Shown here piece after piece: positions 53,316-64,000 of a stretch of DNA of 64,000 nt. Source of the DNA: an uncultured Chloroflexia bacterium (GTDB lineage: Bacteria; Chloroflexota; Anaerolineae; B4-G1; SLSP01). Position numbers and translations under genes: made by a program. Below the pieces are notes generated by a model. It searched no databases, was not told the origin of the DNA, and saw only the letters and a program-made list of their open reading frames with translations. The stretch is from contig CAVVUS010000032.1 of assembly GCA_963751345.1 (NCBI GenBank), positions 26,271 through 90,270 on the forward strand, given 5' to 3'. Within the stretch, counting starts at the first letter, position 1. Every line of letters begins with the position of its first letter.

Positions 53316-55225
53316 ACAACCCTCCCCAATATCGCCCGCATCGCCTGCGCCGCCCGCGCGCGATGGCTGATCCGATTCTTCTCCTCCGCCGACAGCTCCG
53401 CCATCGTCTTCCCTGCCTCGGGGATGAAAAAGACGGGATCGTACCCGAACCCGCCCTCGCCCGTCGGCGCTGCCGCGATCACGCCCTCGCAGACGCCCTC
53501 GGTCGTGAACGACCGCCCATCCGGCAGCACCAACGCCGCCAGACACCGGAACCGCGCCGACCGCTCGGCAGGCGCCACACCTTCCAGGGCAGCCAGCAAG
53601 GCCTCGTACCGCACCTCGTCTGATCCCGGCTGGAACCGTGCCGAGTGGACGCCCGGCGCGCCGTCCAACGCATCCACCTCCAGCCCCGAATCATCGGCCA
53701 GCGCCGGAAGCCCCGACGCCTCGGCGAGCGCCCGCGCCTTGAGCAGCGCGTTCTCGACGTAGGTATCCCCCGTCTCCTTCACCTGGATGTCGATGCCCAC
53801 CTCTTCCGGCAGCACGATCTCCAGATCGAGCCCCTCCAGCAGCGCCGCCCACTCGCGGCGCTTCCCCGCGTTGTGCGTGGCCAGAACCACGCGAGTCGAA
53901 CTCCCCATCTCTCCGTCCCCCTCCGTTTCGCCCCCGTTCGCCAGTCGCCGCACGAGGCGCTGCTCCCGGTGCTGCAGTTCCTCCAGAACCCTCGCCCGGG
54001 CCGCCCCGCGGGGCAGCAAAGCCGCCCGGTTCAGCGCCTCAGTCGTGCAGACCAGCGCCTCCTCCAGAGACCCTACGGCCCACTCGTAGTACTTCGCCTT
54101 CTCCACCAGCGGCGCAATCGCAGAGGGGACCGAGGAGATCCAGGCGTCCCAGATCGCCATCGCCTCCGCCCACGCCTCCCGCCGCTTGTGGCGCCGCCCG
54201 ATCTCTTGCCACAGCCTCGCTGCGCTCTCGGGGTTCAGCACGTCGGCTTCGTCCGAGAGCGCCCGCGCCCAAGCCATCATCGCCTCTTCTTCGTGCCCCG
54301 CCCTGTCGTACACCCGCCCCACACCCGCCCACTCCCCGGGCGCCAGCGGCATCGCCTCCGGCGCCACCACCATCCCCGACACGTGGATCAGCAGCGAGGC
54401 CAGCGTCAGCACGTCGATCTCGTTATGGTAGAAGATGCGCACCATGTCCGAGGTGTCGCCCGTCTCCAGGTACTGGCGATAGAGAAACGGAATCAGCGCC
54501 GAGTCCAGATCCTGCTCGGTGCGCTCCACGGACAGGATCTGCGTCTCCAACTCGCCCAGCCGGCGCGACGCGAGATGGTCTCGCCAGAGCTGGCGCGCCA
54601 CCGTGAGCAGGTCAAGATGCGGAAGCGCGAGCGGCGTTGGCGCCATCCGGTTCATGATGTAGCGTGTCTCAAGAATGGGCACGTCGAACCCGCGCCCGTT
54701 GAACGTCACCAGGCCTGTGGCGCCCGAGAGCACCTCGGTCAGATAGTGGAGCGCCGCGAGCTCCTCATCCGGCGTGCGCATGAAAATCAGATGGAGCACC
54801 AGCGCATCGCCCTCCCACACGCCGACCCCCACCAGGAAGGCGAGCGTGCCGGCGCCGCCCGCGAGCCCGGTCGTCTCGGTGTCGAGAAACGCCGGGCGCG
54901 GTCCCAGGTCCGGCACCTGGAAGAGCGCCAGCGCGGCCTCGGGAACGTCGTTCAAGCCCTTGAACGCCCGCTGCCCGTGAACGAAATCGGCGGGATACGT
55001 GCGGCGCAGCAGCCAGAAGGGGCCGTGGGGCGTCTGGACGACGCCACCCGGGAGCCGCTTCCCGAATGGAGGGCGGGCATCCGGCTGGCGCAGGGGGTCC
55101 TCGGTGTCACCGTTGGCGCCGCGCGCGTCAGCTGCAACGCGCTGATCGACCGGCGACGGCTTCATCCCGCTCAGCCCCTGGACGACGCCCAGCTTCCTCA
55201 AGCGGCGTCGCAGCGAGTCATCCAT
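53312..55225 (-). CDS. rdgB: Fusion of YprB/MrfB-like RNase H-fold exonuclease, TPR region and RdgB/HAM1 non-canonical purine NTP pyrophosphatase (RdgB part 53312..53908)
   Basis: FLDTETTGL, FNGRGFD, HNEIDV; then LATHNAGK, ETGDTYVENA, ADDSGL, GFGYDP, KNRISHR, all in one frame. Confidence 0.88.
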   Translation of the reverse strand: MDDSLRRRLRKLGVVQGLSGMKPSPVDQRVAADARGANGDTEDPLRQPDARPPFGKRLPGGVVQTPHGPFWLLRRTYPADFVHGQRAFKGLNDVPEAALALFQVPDLGPRPAFLDTETTGLAGGAGTLAFLVGVGVWEGDALVLHLIFMRTPDEELAALHYLTEVLSGATGLVTFNGRGFDVPILETRYIMNRMAPTPLALPHLDLLTVARQLWRDHLASRRLGELETQILSVERTEQDLDSALIPFLYRQYLETGDTSDMVRIFYHNEIDVLTLASLLIHVSGMVVAPEAMPLAPGEWAGVGRVYDRAGHEEEAMMAWARALSDEADVLNPESAARLWQEIGRRHKRREAWAEAMAIWDAWISSVPSAIAPLVEKAKYYEWAVGSLEEALVCTTEALNRAALLPRGAARARVLEELQHREQRLVRRLANGGETEGDGEMGSSTRVVLATHNAGKRREWAALLEGLDLEIVLPEEVGIDIQVKETGDTYVENALLKARALAEASGLPALADDSGLEVDALDGAPGVHSARFQPGSDEVRYEALLAALEGVAPAERSARFRCLAALVLPDGRSFTTEGVCEGVIAAAPTGEGGFGYDPVFFIPEAGKTMAELSAEEKNRISHRARAAQAMRAILGRVV

Positions 55226-55308
55226 ACCCTATCACCTTCCTGATGGCTTCGGTTCGTAGTAACCGCTTCAGCGGTTCCGGTGCCTGGAGCCGACGGCTCA
55301 GCTAGCCG

Positions 55309-56631
55309 CTACGCCACCACGCCGGCGTCGTCGCAGCACCGCTCGATCCGCGCGCCCAGGGGCCGCAGCTTGTCCTCGATCCGCTCGTACCCGCGATCGA
55401 TCTGGCGGATGTTGTGAATCGTCGACGTCCCCTTCGCGGCCAGCGCCGCGATCAACATCGCCATCCCGGCGCGGATGTCCGGGCTCTCCATCACATCGCC
55501 GCTCAGCAACGACGGCCCGTAGACCAGCGCGCGGTGCGGATCACACAATACGATCCGTGCACCCATCGGAATCAGCTTGTCCACAAAGAAGAGCCGGCTC
55601 TCAAACATCTTCTCGTGGAAAAGCACGACGCCCGTGCACTGCGTCGCAGCCACCAGCGCGATACTCATCAGGTCAGCCGGGAAAGCCGGCCACGGTGCAT
55701 CCGCGACCGAAGGGATCGCGCCCCCCAGATCGGGGACGACCTCCAGCGATTGGTCCCCGGGCACAAAAAGCGCGTCGCCACGCGGCTCCGCCTGGATCCC
55801 CAGCCGGTCAAACGTCATCAGCACCATGCGCAGGTTCTCCGGCATCGCGTTGCGGATCAGGATCTCGCCGTGGGTCGCCGCTGCCAGAGCCAGGTAACTG
55901 CCAACCTCGATGTGATCGCTTCCGATCGTGAACTCGACCCCGTGCAACCGCTCGACGCCCTGGATCTCCAGCGTGTTCGTCCCAATCCCGGAGATCTGTG
56001 CGCCCATCTTGCTGAGCAGCCGGCACAGATCCTGAACGTGCGGCTCCGACGCCGCGTTTCGGATCACCGTCGTCCCGTGCGCCAGCGTCGCGGCCATCAC
56101 CGCGTTCTCGGTGCCCGTCACGCTCGCTTCGTCGAGCAGGATATCCGCGCCGAGCAGCCGGTCCGCACGCACCTCGAAGTGCCCGTCAATGACCTTCACC
56201 TCAGCGCCCAGCCCCTCAAAGGCCAGGAAGTGCGTGTCCACGCGCCGCCGCCCGATCACGTCACCTCCCGGCGCGGGAATCGCCAGTCGGCCAAGCCGCG
56301 CCAGCAGCGGGCCCGCCATCAGGACGGACCCGCGGATCGCTCTGAATTGGTTCGGGTCGAGCTGGTCCGAGTCGGGGCGCGCCAGCTTGTTGGCGTGAAG
56401 CCGCCACGTCTGCGGGTCGAGCCGTTGCACATCCACGCCCAACGCCCCGATCAGCTCGGCCATTACCTCCACGTCCCGGATGGCAGGCAGGTTCCGCAGG
56501 ATGACCGGCTCGTCGGTGAGAAGACACGCAGCCAGGGCCGGCAGCGCCGCATTCTTGTTGCCCGCGGGGGTGATCTCCCCACACAGGGGCACCCCACCCT
56601 CGATCGCGAAGTAGTCACTCATGTCGACCAT
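55309..56631 (-). CDS. murA: UDP-N-acetylglucosamine 1-carboxyvinyltransferase
   Basis: [48 protein letters not shown]. Confidence 0.95.
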   Translation of the reverse strand: MVDMSDYFAIEGGVPLCGEITPAGNKNAALPALAACLLTDEPVILRNLPAIRDVEVMAELIGALGVDVQRLDPQTWRLHANKLARPDSDQLDPNQFRAIRGSVLMAGPLLARLGRLAIPAPGGDVIGRRRVDTHFLAFEGLGAEVKVIDGHFEVRADRLLGADILLDEASVTGTENAVMAATLAHGTTVIRNAASEPHVQDLCRLLSKMGAQISGIGTNTLEIQGVERLHGVEFTIGSDHIEVGSYLALAAATHGEILIRNAMPENLRMVLMTFDRLGIQAEPRGDALFVPGDQSLEVVPDLGGAIPSVADAPWPAFPADLMSIALVAATQCTGVVLFHEKMFESRLFFVDKLIPMGARIVLCDPHRALVYGPSLLSGDVMESPDIRAGMAMLIAALAAKGTSTIHNIRQIDRGYERIEDKLRPLGARIERCCDDAGVVA

Positions 56632-56668
56632 TGCCACCTCCTGGAAAGATGTGAACTCCCGCCACAAA

Positions 56669-56915
56669 CTCCGGAAGCCCGATGCATCGGGCGCTGCCTT
56701 GTAGCCCGGCGACTTCATCGCCGGGCGGCACGTCGCCGGATGGCGCCGGATCTCGGCTACGTCGCCATCCATCTCGCCACGCGCGCCAACCTGCCCCACG
56801 ACGTCCCATCAACCGGGGCGCAACGCCCCACCTCAAGCTCCGGAAGCCCGATGCATCGGGCGCTGCCTTGTAGCCCGGCGACTTCATCGCCGGGCGGCCA
56901 CGTCATCGCCGGGCG
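56669..56915. repeat. Two ~60-bp direct repeats of CCCGATGCATCGGG + GTAGCCCGGCGACTTCATCGCCGGG
   Basis: Copies at 56669-56729 and 56838-56898. Confidence 0.85.
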
Positions 56916-56951
56916 GCCTCGGGCGGCACCACCCCTCGGCCGACGTGCAGT

Positions 56952-57785
56952 CTACCCCGGCGCCAGCGTCACCTCAACCGGGTCACCCACCTTGAGCCCG
57001 AGGTCACGCGCGCCGTGCCCGCGGTTGGTCGAGACTTCCAGCATACCCTCACTCCCGATCAAGGCCAGTGCATCGCCGGGCGCCACCTCACCATACGTCC
57101 GCCGGATCGGCCCTACCTCTCGTCCCGCCACCGTGACGACGAGCCTGTCCGCGCGCACGATCCGCGGCTCCTCTGCCGCGAAGACCGGGTCGAGGTGCAG
57201 AAGCGGCCCCTCCCAGACCATACGGCCAATGCTCGTGATCACGTTGCCGAAACGGTCGATGTAGACCACCTCTCCGCGAATCTCCCTGTCCGAGATCTCG
57301 GCCCTGGGAACCGGCAGTCGCACCGCATCCTCCACCGCGCTTCCGAACTCGGTCAGAGGCACGCCGGTGGCGATGTGCGCAGCCGCCGGCGCGAAGATGT
57401 CGCGCCCGTGAAAGGTGCGGCTCACGGCGGCCCGTTGGTACTTCGGATTCTCCAGCGTCACCGTGAACTCTGGCGGCGCCGCTCCCCAGACGTAGGAAAA
57501 GACACCGTTGTCCGGCCCGACCAGCACACCCCACGAGGTCCGCGATGCGATGGCCCGCCGCACCGTGCCCACCCCGGGATCCACGACCACCAGGTGAATG
57601 CTCTCCGCCGGGAAGTAGGGCAAGGCCGTCCAGAGCACGTAGGCAGCCGCCTGCACGTTCTGCGGCTCGATCGTATGCGTGATGTCGACGAAGGTCGCCC
57701 CCGGCGCAATGCCCGCCATCACGCCCTTCATCGTTCCCACATAGCCGTCGTCCAACCCGAAATCCGTCGTGATCGAAATCAGCAT
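56952..57785 (-). CDS. SAM-dependent hydroxide/halide adenosyltransferase (DUF62)
   Basis: TTDFG, VVDPGVGT, GPDNG, TFHGRDIFAP, IDRFGN. Confidence 0.9.
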   Translation of the reverse strand: MLISITTDFGLDDGYVGTMKGVMAGIAPGATFVDITHTIEPQNVQAAAYVLWTALPYFPAESIHLVVVDPGVGTVRRAIASRTSWGVLVGPDNGVFSYVWGAAPPEFTVTLENPKYQRAAVSRTFHGRDIFAPAAAHIATGVPLTEFGSAVEDAVRLPVPRAEISDREIRGEVVYIDRFGNVITSIGRMVWEGPLLHLDPVFAAEEPRIVRADRLVVTVAGREVGPIRRTYGEVAPGDALALIGSEGMLEVSTNRGHGARDLGLKVGDPVEVTLAPG

Positions 57786-57809
57786 ACCGCTCCCCTCTTC
57801 CGACCTACG

Positions 57810-57868
57810 AGACCTTTGGGGTTTTCCTGTCCGGTAGGCACCTGCTTACAGGGAAACCCCAAAGGTCT
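57810..57868. repeat. AGACCTTTGGGGTTTTCC...CCCCAAAGGTCT element (intergenic)
   Basis: Near-identical arms to 4587-4647. Confidence 0.85.
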
Positions 57869-57876
57869 TTCGCTAG

Positions 57877-59436
57877 CTACAGCCACGCGGCTGCGTACAC
57901 CAGCCTCACCGCCGACCGCAGTTGGTCGACCCGCAGCACCCACGCCAGACCAAGGTAGACCAGCGTGCCGACGGGGACCCCGGTCAGGGCCCGCAGCAGC
58001 GCCCCCTGCGGCCCGACAGCGTTCATCACCCACAGGGCAACGGCCATCCCCAGCGTGGCGACGCTCACACGCGCCACCGTCGTCGCGAGCGCCCGCCCGC
58101 CGAGCCTGCCCAGACGCCGGCGGACCAACACCAATAAGATCGTCATCTCCACCAGCGCTGCCAGCGCGGTGGCCAACGCCAGCCCGCCCAGCGCCGGCAA
58201 TCCCATGCGCTCGAAGATCGATGGCAAGACCAACCCGAGCAGTGCGTTGAGCACCACGGCGACGATCGCGGCAATGACGGGCGTCCACGTGTCCTGCAGT
58301 GCGTAGAAGGCCCGTCCCAGGATCTCGAGCGCCGATAGCCCCACGAGGCCCAAGGCATAGAACCCGAGTGCCCAGGCGACCGCCTCGGTCGACGCCGCAT
58401 CGAAGGCCCCGCGCTGGAACATCACGGCGACGATGGGTGATCCCAGCATGATCAGTCCCACGGACGCGGGCAGCGTCAGCGCGATCAACATCCTCAGCGC
58501 GTTGACCAGCGTGTCCCGCAGCTCCCCCATCTTCCCGAGTGCGGCCTGCTGCGAGAACGTCGGAAAGACCGCCGTCCCGACCGCCTGCGCGAAGACCCCT
58601 TGCGGAAGCAGCATCACGCGCCACGCGTAGTCCAGCGACGAGATGGCGCCCGAGCCGAGATGTGAGGCCAGGTTGCGCGTCACCACGATGTTGATCTGTG
58701 CAGCCGCCATCCCTAGGGCCCGCGGCACGATGAGAAGCCCCACCTCGCGCACACCCGAGTCGCCCCTCCCAAAGGTCGGCCGGTAGTGCGCACCATAGCG
58801 GATCAGCCCCGGAATCTGGACGGCCAGGTGCCCCACGGCACCAATCACCATCCCGATGGCCGGGCCCATCGCGCCCAATGGGGTCATCCCGCCCCAGAGC
58901 GCCCCGCCGATCAGGCCGAGGTTGTAGACGATCGGTGCAAGCGCCGGAAGCAGGAAATGCTGGTGCGCGTTCAGCGCGCCCATCACGATCCCGCTGACGC
59001 CGAAGATCGCCGGCGAGATCAGCATCACCCGCATCAGATCGACAGTCCGAGCCTGAACCTCCGGGGAGAGCGCAGGGGCAACGAAGGTCGAGACCAGCCA
59101 CGGAGCGAACACCGCACAGAGCAGGCTGACGGGCAGCACCAGCGCCACGAGGAGCGTCATGACTGCTGAGGCCAGATTCCACGCCCGCTCCGCCTCGCCG
59201 CGCGCCAGCCGGCTCGTGAACAGGGGAATGAAAGCCGAGCCCAGCGCGCCGCCCGCGACCACCAGGAAGATCGTATCGGGGATGCTCACGGCGGCCACGT
59301 AGGCGTCCATCTCCGGCCCGGTGCCGAAATACGCGCCAAACACGACCTGCCGCACGAGCCCCAGGACCCGGCTGACCGCAAAGGCGATCATCACCATGAC
59401 CGCTGCGCGCGCGAATTGCCGTTGGCTCGTGTCCAT
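57877..59436 (-). CDS. murJ: Lipid II flippase MurJ (MviN)
   Basis: SRVLGLVRQ, GGALGSAFIP, LPQGVF, FQRGAF, AFYALQDT.TP; TATAAT 7 nt before the ATG suggests a leaderless transcript. Confidence 0.92.
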   Translation of the reverse strand: MDTSQRQFARAAVMVMIAFAVSRVLGLVRQVVFGAYFGTGPEMDAYVAAVSIPDTIFLVVAGGALGSAFIPLFTSRLARGEAERAWNLASAVMTLLVALVLPVSLLCAVFAPWLVSTFVAPALSPEVQARTVDLMRVMLISPAIFGVSGIVMGALNAHQHFLLPALAPIVYNLGLIGGALWGGMTPLGAMGPAIGMVIGAVGHLAVQIPGLIRYGAHYRPTFGRGDSGVREVGLLIVPRALGMAAAQINIVVTRNLASHLGSGAISSLDYAWRVMLLPQGVFAQAVGTAVFPTFSQQAALGKMGELRDTLVNALRMLIALTLPASVGLIMLGSPIVAVMFQRGAFDAASTEAVAWALGFYALGLVGLSALEILGRAFYALQDTWTPVIAAIVAVVLNALLGLVLPSIFERMGLPALGGLALATALAALVEMTILLVLVRRRLGRLGGRALATTVARVSVATLGMAVALWVMNAVGPQGALLRALTGVPVGTLVYLGLAWVLRVDQLRSAVRLVYAAAWL

Positions 59437-59621
59437 AGGGGCGATTATAACACAGGGGATGAAGCAGTCAGCCTCGGGTTACGGCTGCCCCACCCGGCAA
59501 TCGAGCTCAGACGCCGCGGTGCAGACGTGAGCTAGAGCGGCAGAAGTCCACACCGGCGAACTCCAGGAGTTGCGCGTGATAGGTCAACGCGAACTGTCCG
59601 GCTCTCACGGCAAGTCGGCGG

Positions 59622-61665
59622 TCACCGGAGCGGAATCCAAACCGTCATCTCCCCCTCACCGCGATTTCCCCAGGCGTAATAGGGCACCAGGCGGACGTCA
59701 ATCCTCTCCGGCTCGGGACTCCGGAGGTCGCGGTAGAGCCGTCGCGACCACTCGCCTTGCGGAATCCGCTCCGCCTGGCCCTCGAGGACTACCACGCGTT
59801 CACCAAGCAGGTCCGAATCGATCCGAGGTCGCAGCTCGATGTCAGCCGGGATATGGATGTCCAGGACCCCTACCCCCTCGGGCAGGTCGGCCGATTCAAG
59901 GCAGTAGACCACCGGCCCCCGCTGAATCGCGACTTGGTTCAGTGTCTCCTCTACAAGAGGATTCGCTTCCAAGAGTCGCGACACCATCGGGATCTCGATC
60001 TCGACGGTGTCGCCGGCCGACCATGCCCGGCTTACCTCGCAGTATTCACCCGGTCGCGCCTCGACGCCGGCCGTCTCGCCGTTGACCGTCACCGCTGCAC
60101 TATCCGCCCACCCCGGGATCCGGAGCATCAGCGCGAATCCTGGCGCCTCGGTGGCACGGATGACAATGCTCACGTGGCCCTCCCACGGGTAATCGGTGTC
60201 CTGCTCGAGGACGATCTTCGCCCCGTTGGGGAGCCTGGTATCGAGCACGCCGGCGCCGTAGAGGTTCACCCACACCGCGCCATCCCAGGCGCCATCGCCG
60301 CCGGAAACGGAGTAGGCATAGCTGTTGATCTCGGCGATCATCCGAACCGCATTGGGCGGACAGCAGAAGCACTCGATGTAGGGCTGGCGTGTGCGCGACC
60401 AGCGAAGCTGATAGGGCTGATCCCTGAGGACGCGCATGGGGTTGGTGTAGAAGAACTTCGTACCATCGAGGCTAATGCCGCTGAGGAGGCTATTGTAAAG
60501 GACCAGTTCCAGAACATCGGCGAATCGGCCTTCACCCGTCAGCTGGAGCATGCGCCAGTTCCAGAGGCCGTTGCCGATGTTGGCACACGTTTCGTTGTGC
60601 GAGGTCACGTTGGGCAACTCATATGGGCGACCGTAGGCCTGGTGGACGCGAGTGATCGCCTCCTGATCCTTCGAACCGTAGGGTGACGCGCCATCAAACA
60701 GAGCACCGCATGCCCCCGTGACATACATCTTCTGGCCGACCACGCTGTCCCATAGGCTGAAGAGCGTCCTGAGAAGACTCTCGTCGCCCGTCTCGGCGAC
60801 GACATCCGCTACGCCCGCGTAGAGGTAGTTGGCGCGCACCGCGTGTCCCACCGCCTCAGTCTGCTCGCGCAGTGGAATTCGATCCTGGTTGTCGTCTCCG
60901 CCTTCCTTGAAGAGGTCACGAATCTCGATCAGGTTCCTTGCCAGTTCGAGATAGCGCTCATCGCCCGTTGTCCGGTACATCTCGACCGCCCCCATATAAT
61001 GGGAAGGACAGATGGCGTTGCGCGCGAGTTCGGCGGTCGCAGTCTCGTAGGTGCCGTAGAGGATAGTCTGTGCCCCTGCGGGCGATGTCGAGCAGATTCG
61101 TCTTGCCGGTGGCTCGGAAGTGCACGCAGGCGGCTGTCATCAAATGCCCGAGATTGTAGGTCTCAAAATCCATGCGCTTGGTGAACTCGGGGGATTCCCC
61201 AGTTCCCTGGCGCTGTGCGATGATGACCGGTGTGTGGAGATAGCCGTCCTCGCGCTGCGCTTCGCCGATGACCTCGATGATCTCATCCATCAAGCGGTCG
61301 AGCGCTACGTCTCTGGTCATGCCATAGACGTAGGCGGCGGCCTCGAGCCACTTGTAGAAATCGCCATCGTTCCACTTGGGTCCGCGGTGGTGTCCTTCAA
61401 CTCGTCCGGTGGCAACCAGGAAGTTCTGATAAGCGAAGCTGATCTCGGTACTGCTCAGTAGCTGCCACATATTGGGGACCATGACCCTGGCGCACTGGTC
61501 GAACTTTGCGGCCCAGAATCCCCGAGTCCACCGCACATCGCTCATATCGACACTGTGGAGCCTGACATAGGGGCTCGAAGCGGTGTTTGTCAGACCCCGA
61601 CCTGGGCGGAGCGAGTCGCTGGGCGCCGCGACACTGGCTTCACTGTGCGTTGGTTTCTTCTTCAT
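59622..61665 (-). CDS. GH127 beta-L-arabinofuranosidase-like glycoside hydrolase; frameshift near 61060
   Basis: DGDFYKWLEA, YNLGHL, GHAVRA.YLY, HNETCA, CFCCPPN, PYYAWGNRG. Confidence 0.9.
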
Positions 61666-61695
61666 CGTTCTGTGGCTTGTCGAGGCGGCTCTGGA

Positions 61696-63624
61696 TCATC
61701 CTGCCGCTCTGGCCAGAATGCGCACATCCAGTGGTGCAACCCGGACCTCGCCTGCACACGTTTCTCCGCTCAAGAGATCCATCCACGTGCCGGGAGGCGA
61801 AAAGGACAGCTCTTCCTCGGTAGTGTTGAGCGCGAACCACAAGCGCTCGTCTGGACCTACGCGCTGGTAGACATGCAGCCCGGCGGGTGTCTCGCACAGA
61901 CCGGAAGACCCGGTCTCGGCACACAGGTGAGTGACCAAAGCGGACAGGCCCTCTCCTCGCAAAGAGGTCCCGACATAGATGACCCAGCCTTTGCCGAAAC
62001 GGTGAGCTGTGATTGCAGGGAGACCCTCGCGCCAGCCGCCGGCATAGGTAGCCAGCACTTCTGCCGTGACGGGGTGCACCTCGTCGGACAAAACGGAGGC
62101 CTCGGTACCCTCCATGCCAGGAATGGCAACGCTGTGCAGCGGCAGCGGCTCGTGCAGCGGCGAGAGATCGCTAACGCGGATACCGGCTGCTTCGGCCAGC
62201 GGCCCAGGCCGAGGGGTGTCAAAGCTCACGTTGCGCTCGTCGACGACGCCGCTGGGCGCGGTCAGGCAGAGCGTGCCGCCATCTTCCACGAAAGCGCACA
62301 GGTTCTCGGCGATCTCAGGATCGATGCTGAACAGGCGCGGGGCAAAGACCAGGCGATAGGAGGACAGGTCCTCGCGTGGGTCCAGGGCATCGGTGGGCAC
62401 GTTCTGATCTCGCAGCGCATTATGGATGGCAATCACGTCTTGGGCAGGGTCCCATGCTTGAATGCCTATCCCGGCCTCAAGCGCCCAGCGTGCTTCATAG
62501 CTCATCACGATCGCGACCTCGGATTGGGGACGGGTGCGGTCGATCCGCTCACCGACGCGAGCAATCTCGGCGCCCATCCGGACCAGCTCCTCGTACCGGC
62601 GTGCGGGCTGCCCATCGTGCGGCAGGATGCCGTCGCGGTGCTGTTCCTGGCCCCAGCGGCAGCAGCGCCACCGGAAGAAGTTGACCCCACAGGCTCCGTG
62701 AGCGATGGCCATATAGGCCCATAGCCGCATCCAACCCGGACCGGTATCCACCTCCAGCAGCCGGGTGAACTGCTCGACAGGGAGCATCGTGTCTCGCGCA
62801 CCGCGGTAATAGTCCAGGATGAACTCAGGTGAACGGGGGGGATAGTGGTTCATCCCGTTGAGGTCAATTACCTTGGCAACCTGCGCATAGTCGGTGTGCC
62901 GGACACTCCATGACTGGAAGTTGGTGGTCACAAACTTGCCGGGATCCAGGTCGTGGATCCGTTCGCTGCGCCAGCGCGTAAACTCGACGTTCAGCTCGGA
63001 GAGAAAGCGCCGGTACTCCAGCGAGAGCTGCGGGTTGTTGGCCGGTAGAGGCACCTCTTCCCAGGTGGTGAAATGGAACGACCAGAAATGTGAGCCCCAG
63101 GCGGCGTTCAGTGCCTCGATGGAGCCATACTTCTTCTCCAGGTAACGATGGAACCGGCGGCGGCAGCGCTCGCAGTAGCAGTCATTGCCCCCTCCCACCT
63201 CATTGTCCACCTGCCAGCCGACAATGGCATCGTTCCCGCTGAAGTGCTCGATCACGGCGAGGTCAATGCCGTGGGAGAGCAGCACGAATTCGCTGTGACT
63301 CAGCCCGACCGTGTAGCGCATGCCATAGTTGACGGTGTGCCCGTCGGCGCTGACGTTGCGCACGCCGGGATAGCGGTCAAACACCCAAGGCGGAGGCGTG
63401 CGCGAGGGCGTGCACATAATCGTCTTGATCCCATGCGCGTCGAGCAGGGCCAAGGCCTCGTCCATCCAGGCAAAGTCGAGCGCGCCTTCGCGGGGTTCCA
63501 GCGCGCTCCAGGCAAACTCGCCCATGCGCACCACATTGATCCCCGCTTCCTGCATCATCCGGGCATCGACGGCCCAACGGTCTCTGGGCCAGTGTTCGGG
63601 ATAGTACTGCACACCATAGAACAT
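61696..63624 (-). CDS. GH42 beta-galactosidase
   Basis: YYPEHW, GEFAWS, WQVDNE, CYCERC, FFRWR, GQEQH. Confidence 0.92.
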   Translation of the reverse strand: MFYGVQYYPEHWPRDRWAVDARMMQEAGINVVRMGEFAWSALEPREGALDFAWMDEALALLDAHGIKTIMCTPSRTPPPWVFDRYPGVRNVSADGHTVNYGMRYTVGLSHSEFVLLSHGIDLAVIEHFSGNDAIVGWQVDNEVGGGNDCYCERCRRRFHRYLEKKYGSIEALNAAWGSHFWSFHFTTWEEVPLPANNPQLSLEYRRFLSELNVEFTRWRSERIHDLDPGKFVTTNFQSWSVRHTDYAQVAKVIDLNGMNHYPPRSPEFILDYYRGARDTMLPVEQFTRLLEVDTGPGWMRLWAYMAIAHGACGVNFFRWRCCRWGQEQHRDGILPHDGQPARRYEELVRMGAEIARVGERIDRTRPQSEVAIVMSYEARWALEAGIGIQAWDPAQDVIAIHNALRDQNVPTDALDPREDLSSYRLVFAPRLFSIDPEIAENLCAFVEDGGTLCLTAPSGVVDERNVSFDTPRPGPLAEAAGIRVSDLSPLHEPLPLHSVAIPGMEGTEASVLSDEVHPVTAEVLATYAGGWREGLPAITAHRFGKGWVIYVGTSLRGEGLSALVTHLCAETGSSGLCETPAGLHVYQRVGPDERLWFALNTTEEELSFSPPGTWMDLLSGETCAGEVRVAPLDVRILARAAG

Positions 63625-63743
63625 CGTTTAGCTCCTCGGCGTAGCCTGTGGAAATGCTGCCGGCGGCCCAGACTATCGCGCCATTTTGTACGCGCGAATA
63701 GGCAGCTTGGCGCCATCGCGGCAATGCACTGGAGGGCTCTGGA

Positions 63744-63888
63744 TCAGTCAACCTAGTTCCTGGGAATTGTCATCCTGGGCGGGCGCCCACGCAGTAGGCG
63801 CGCAAAGGATCTGTGCCTTGCAGGACTGAGATTCTTCGCCTGCGGCTCAGAATGACATTTGCACCAGTCAACTTGGCTGACCACTAGG
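63744..63888. repeat. Second copy of the TGTCATCCTG...ATGACA element
   Basis: Matches 35762-35907. Confidence 0.8.
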
Positions 63889-64000
63889 TAGTTATGTCGG
63901 GCTCAGTAAGGCAGATGCCTAACAGTCGGCTAGGACACTGATTGGCGGCTCATCGCGTGGCAGCTGCAGACCGCGTATGGGCGGAGGACCGCTCACCGCA

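Overview
High-GC bacterial chromosome segment. Gene content points to Chloroflexota, probably Anaerolineae (inference from the YxPxVxR C-terminal motif, GT-C proteins with Ig-like repeats and the palindrome families). About 20 genes carry single-base frameshifts, including housekeeping genes, which is most consistent with long-read consensus errors. Contents in order: a surface-glycan cluster (glycoside hydrolase, TPR lipoprotein, three GT-C membrane proteins, O-antigen-ligase-like protein, UDP-GlcA decarboxylase) with pgsA-like, mutL and an asparaginase-family gene inside it; an SPFH operon; a PepT-family ABC importer; plsX; dinG; an ECF CbiMQO transporter behind a Fur/Zur-like palindrome; ade; an MNT-HEPN toxin-antitoxin pair; two tandem valyl-tRNA synthetases of different lineages with a Val T-box; an S9 peptidase; hom; a YprB-TPR-RdgB fusion; murA (Cys->Asp); DUF62; murJ; GH127; GH42. 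Most striking: the ABC importer has a circularly permuted family-5 substrate-binding protein, and its OppC-type permease carries an inserted family-3 SBP-like lobe. Also notable are the bacterial- plus archaeal-type valS tandem, the exonuclease-pyrophosphatase fusion, and many REP-like palindrome families, some of them inserted inside coding sequences.
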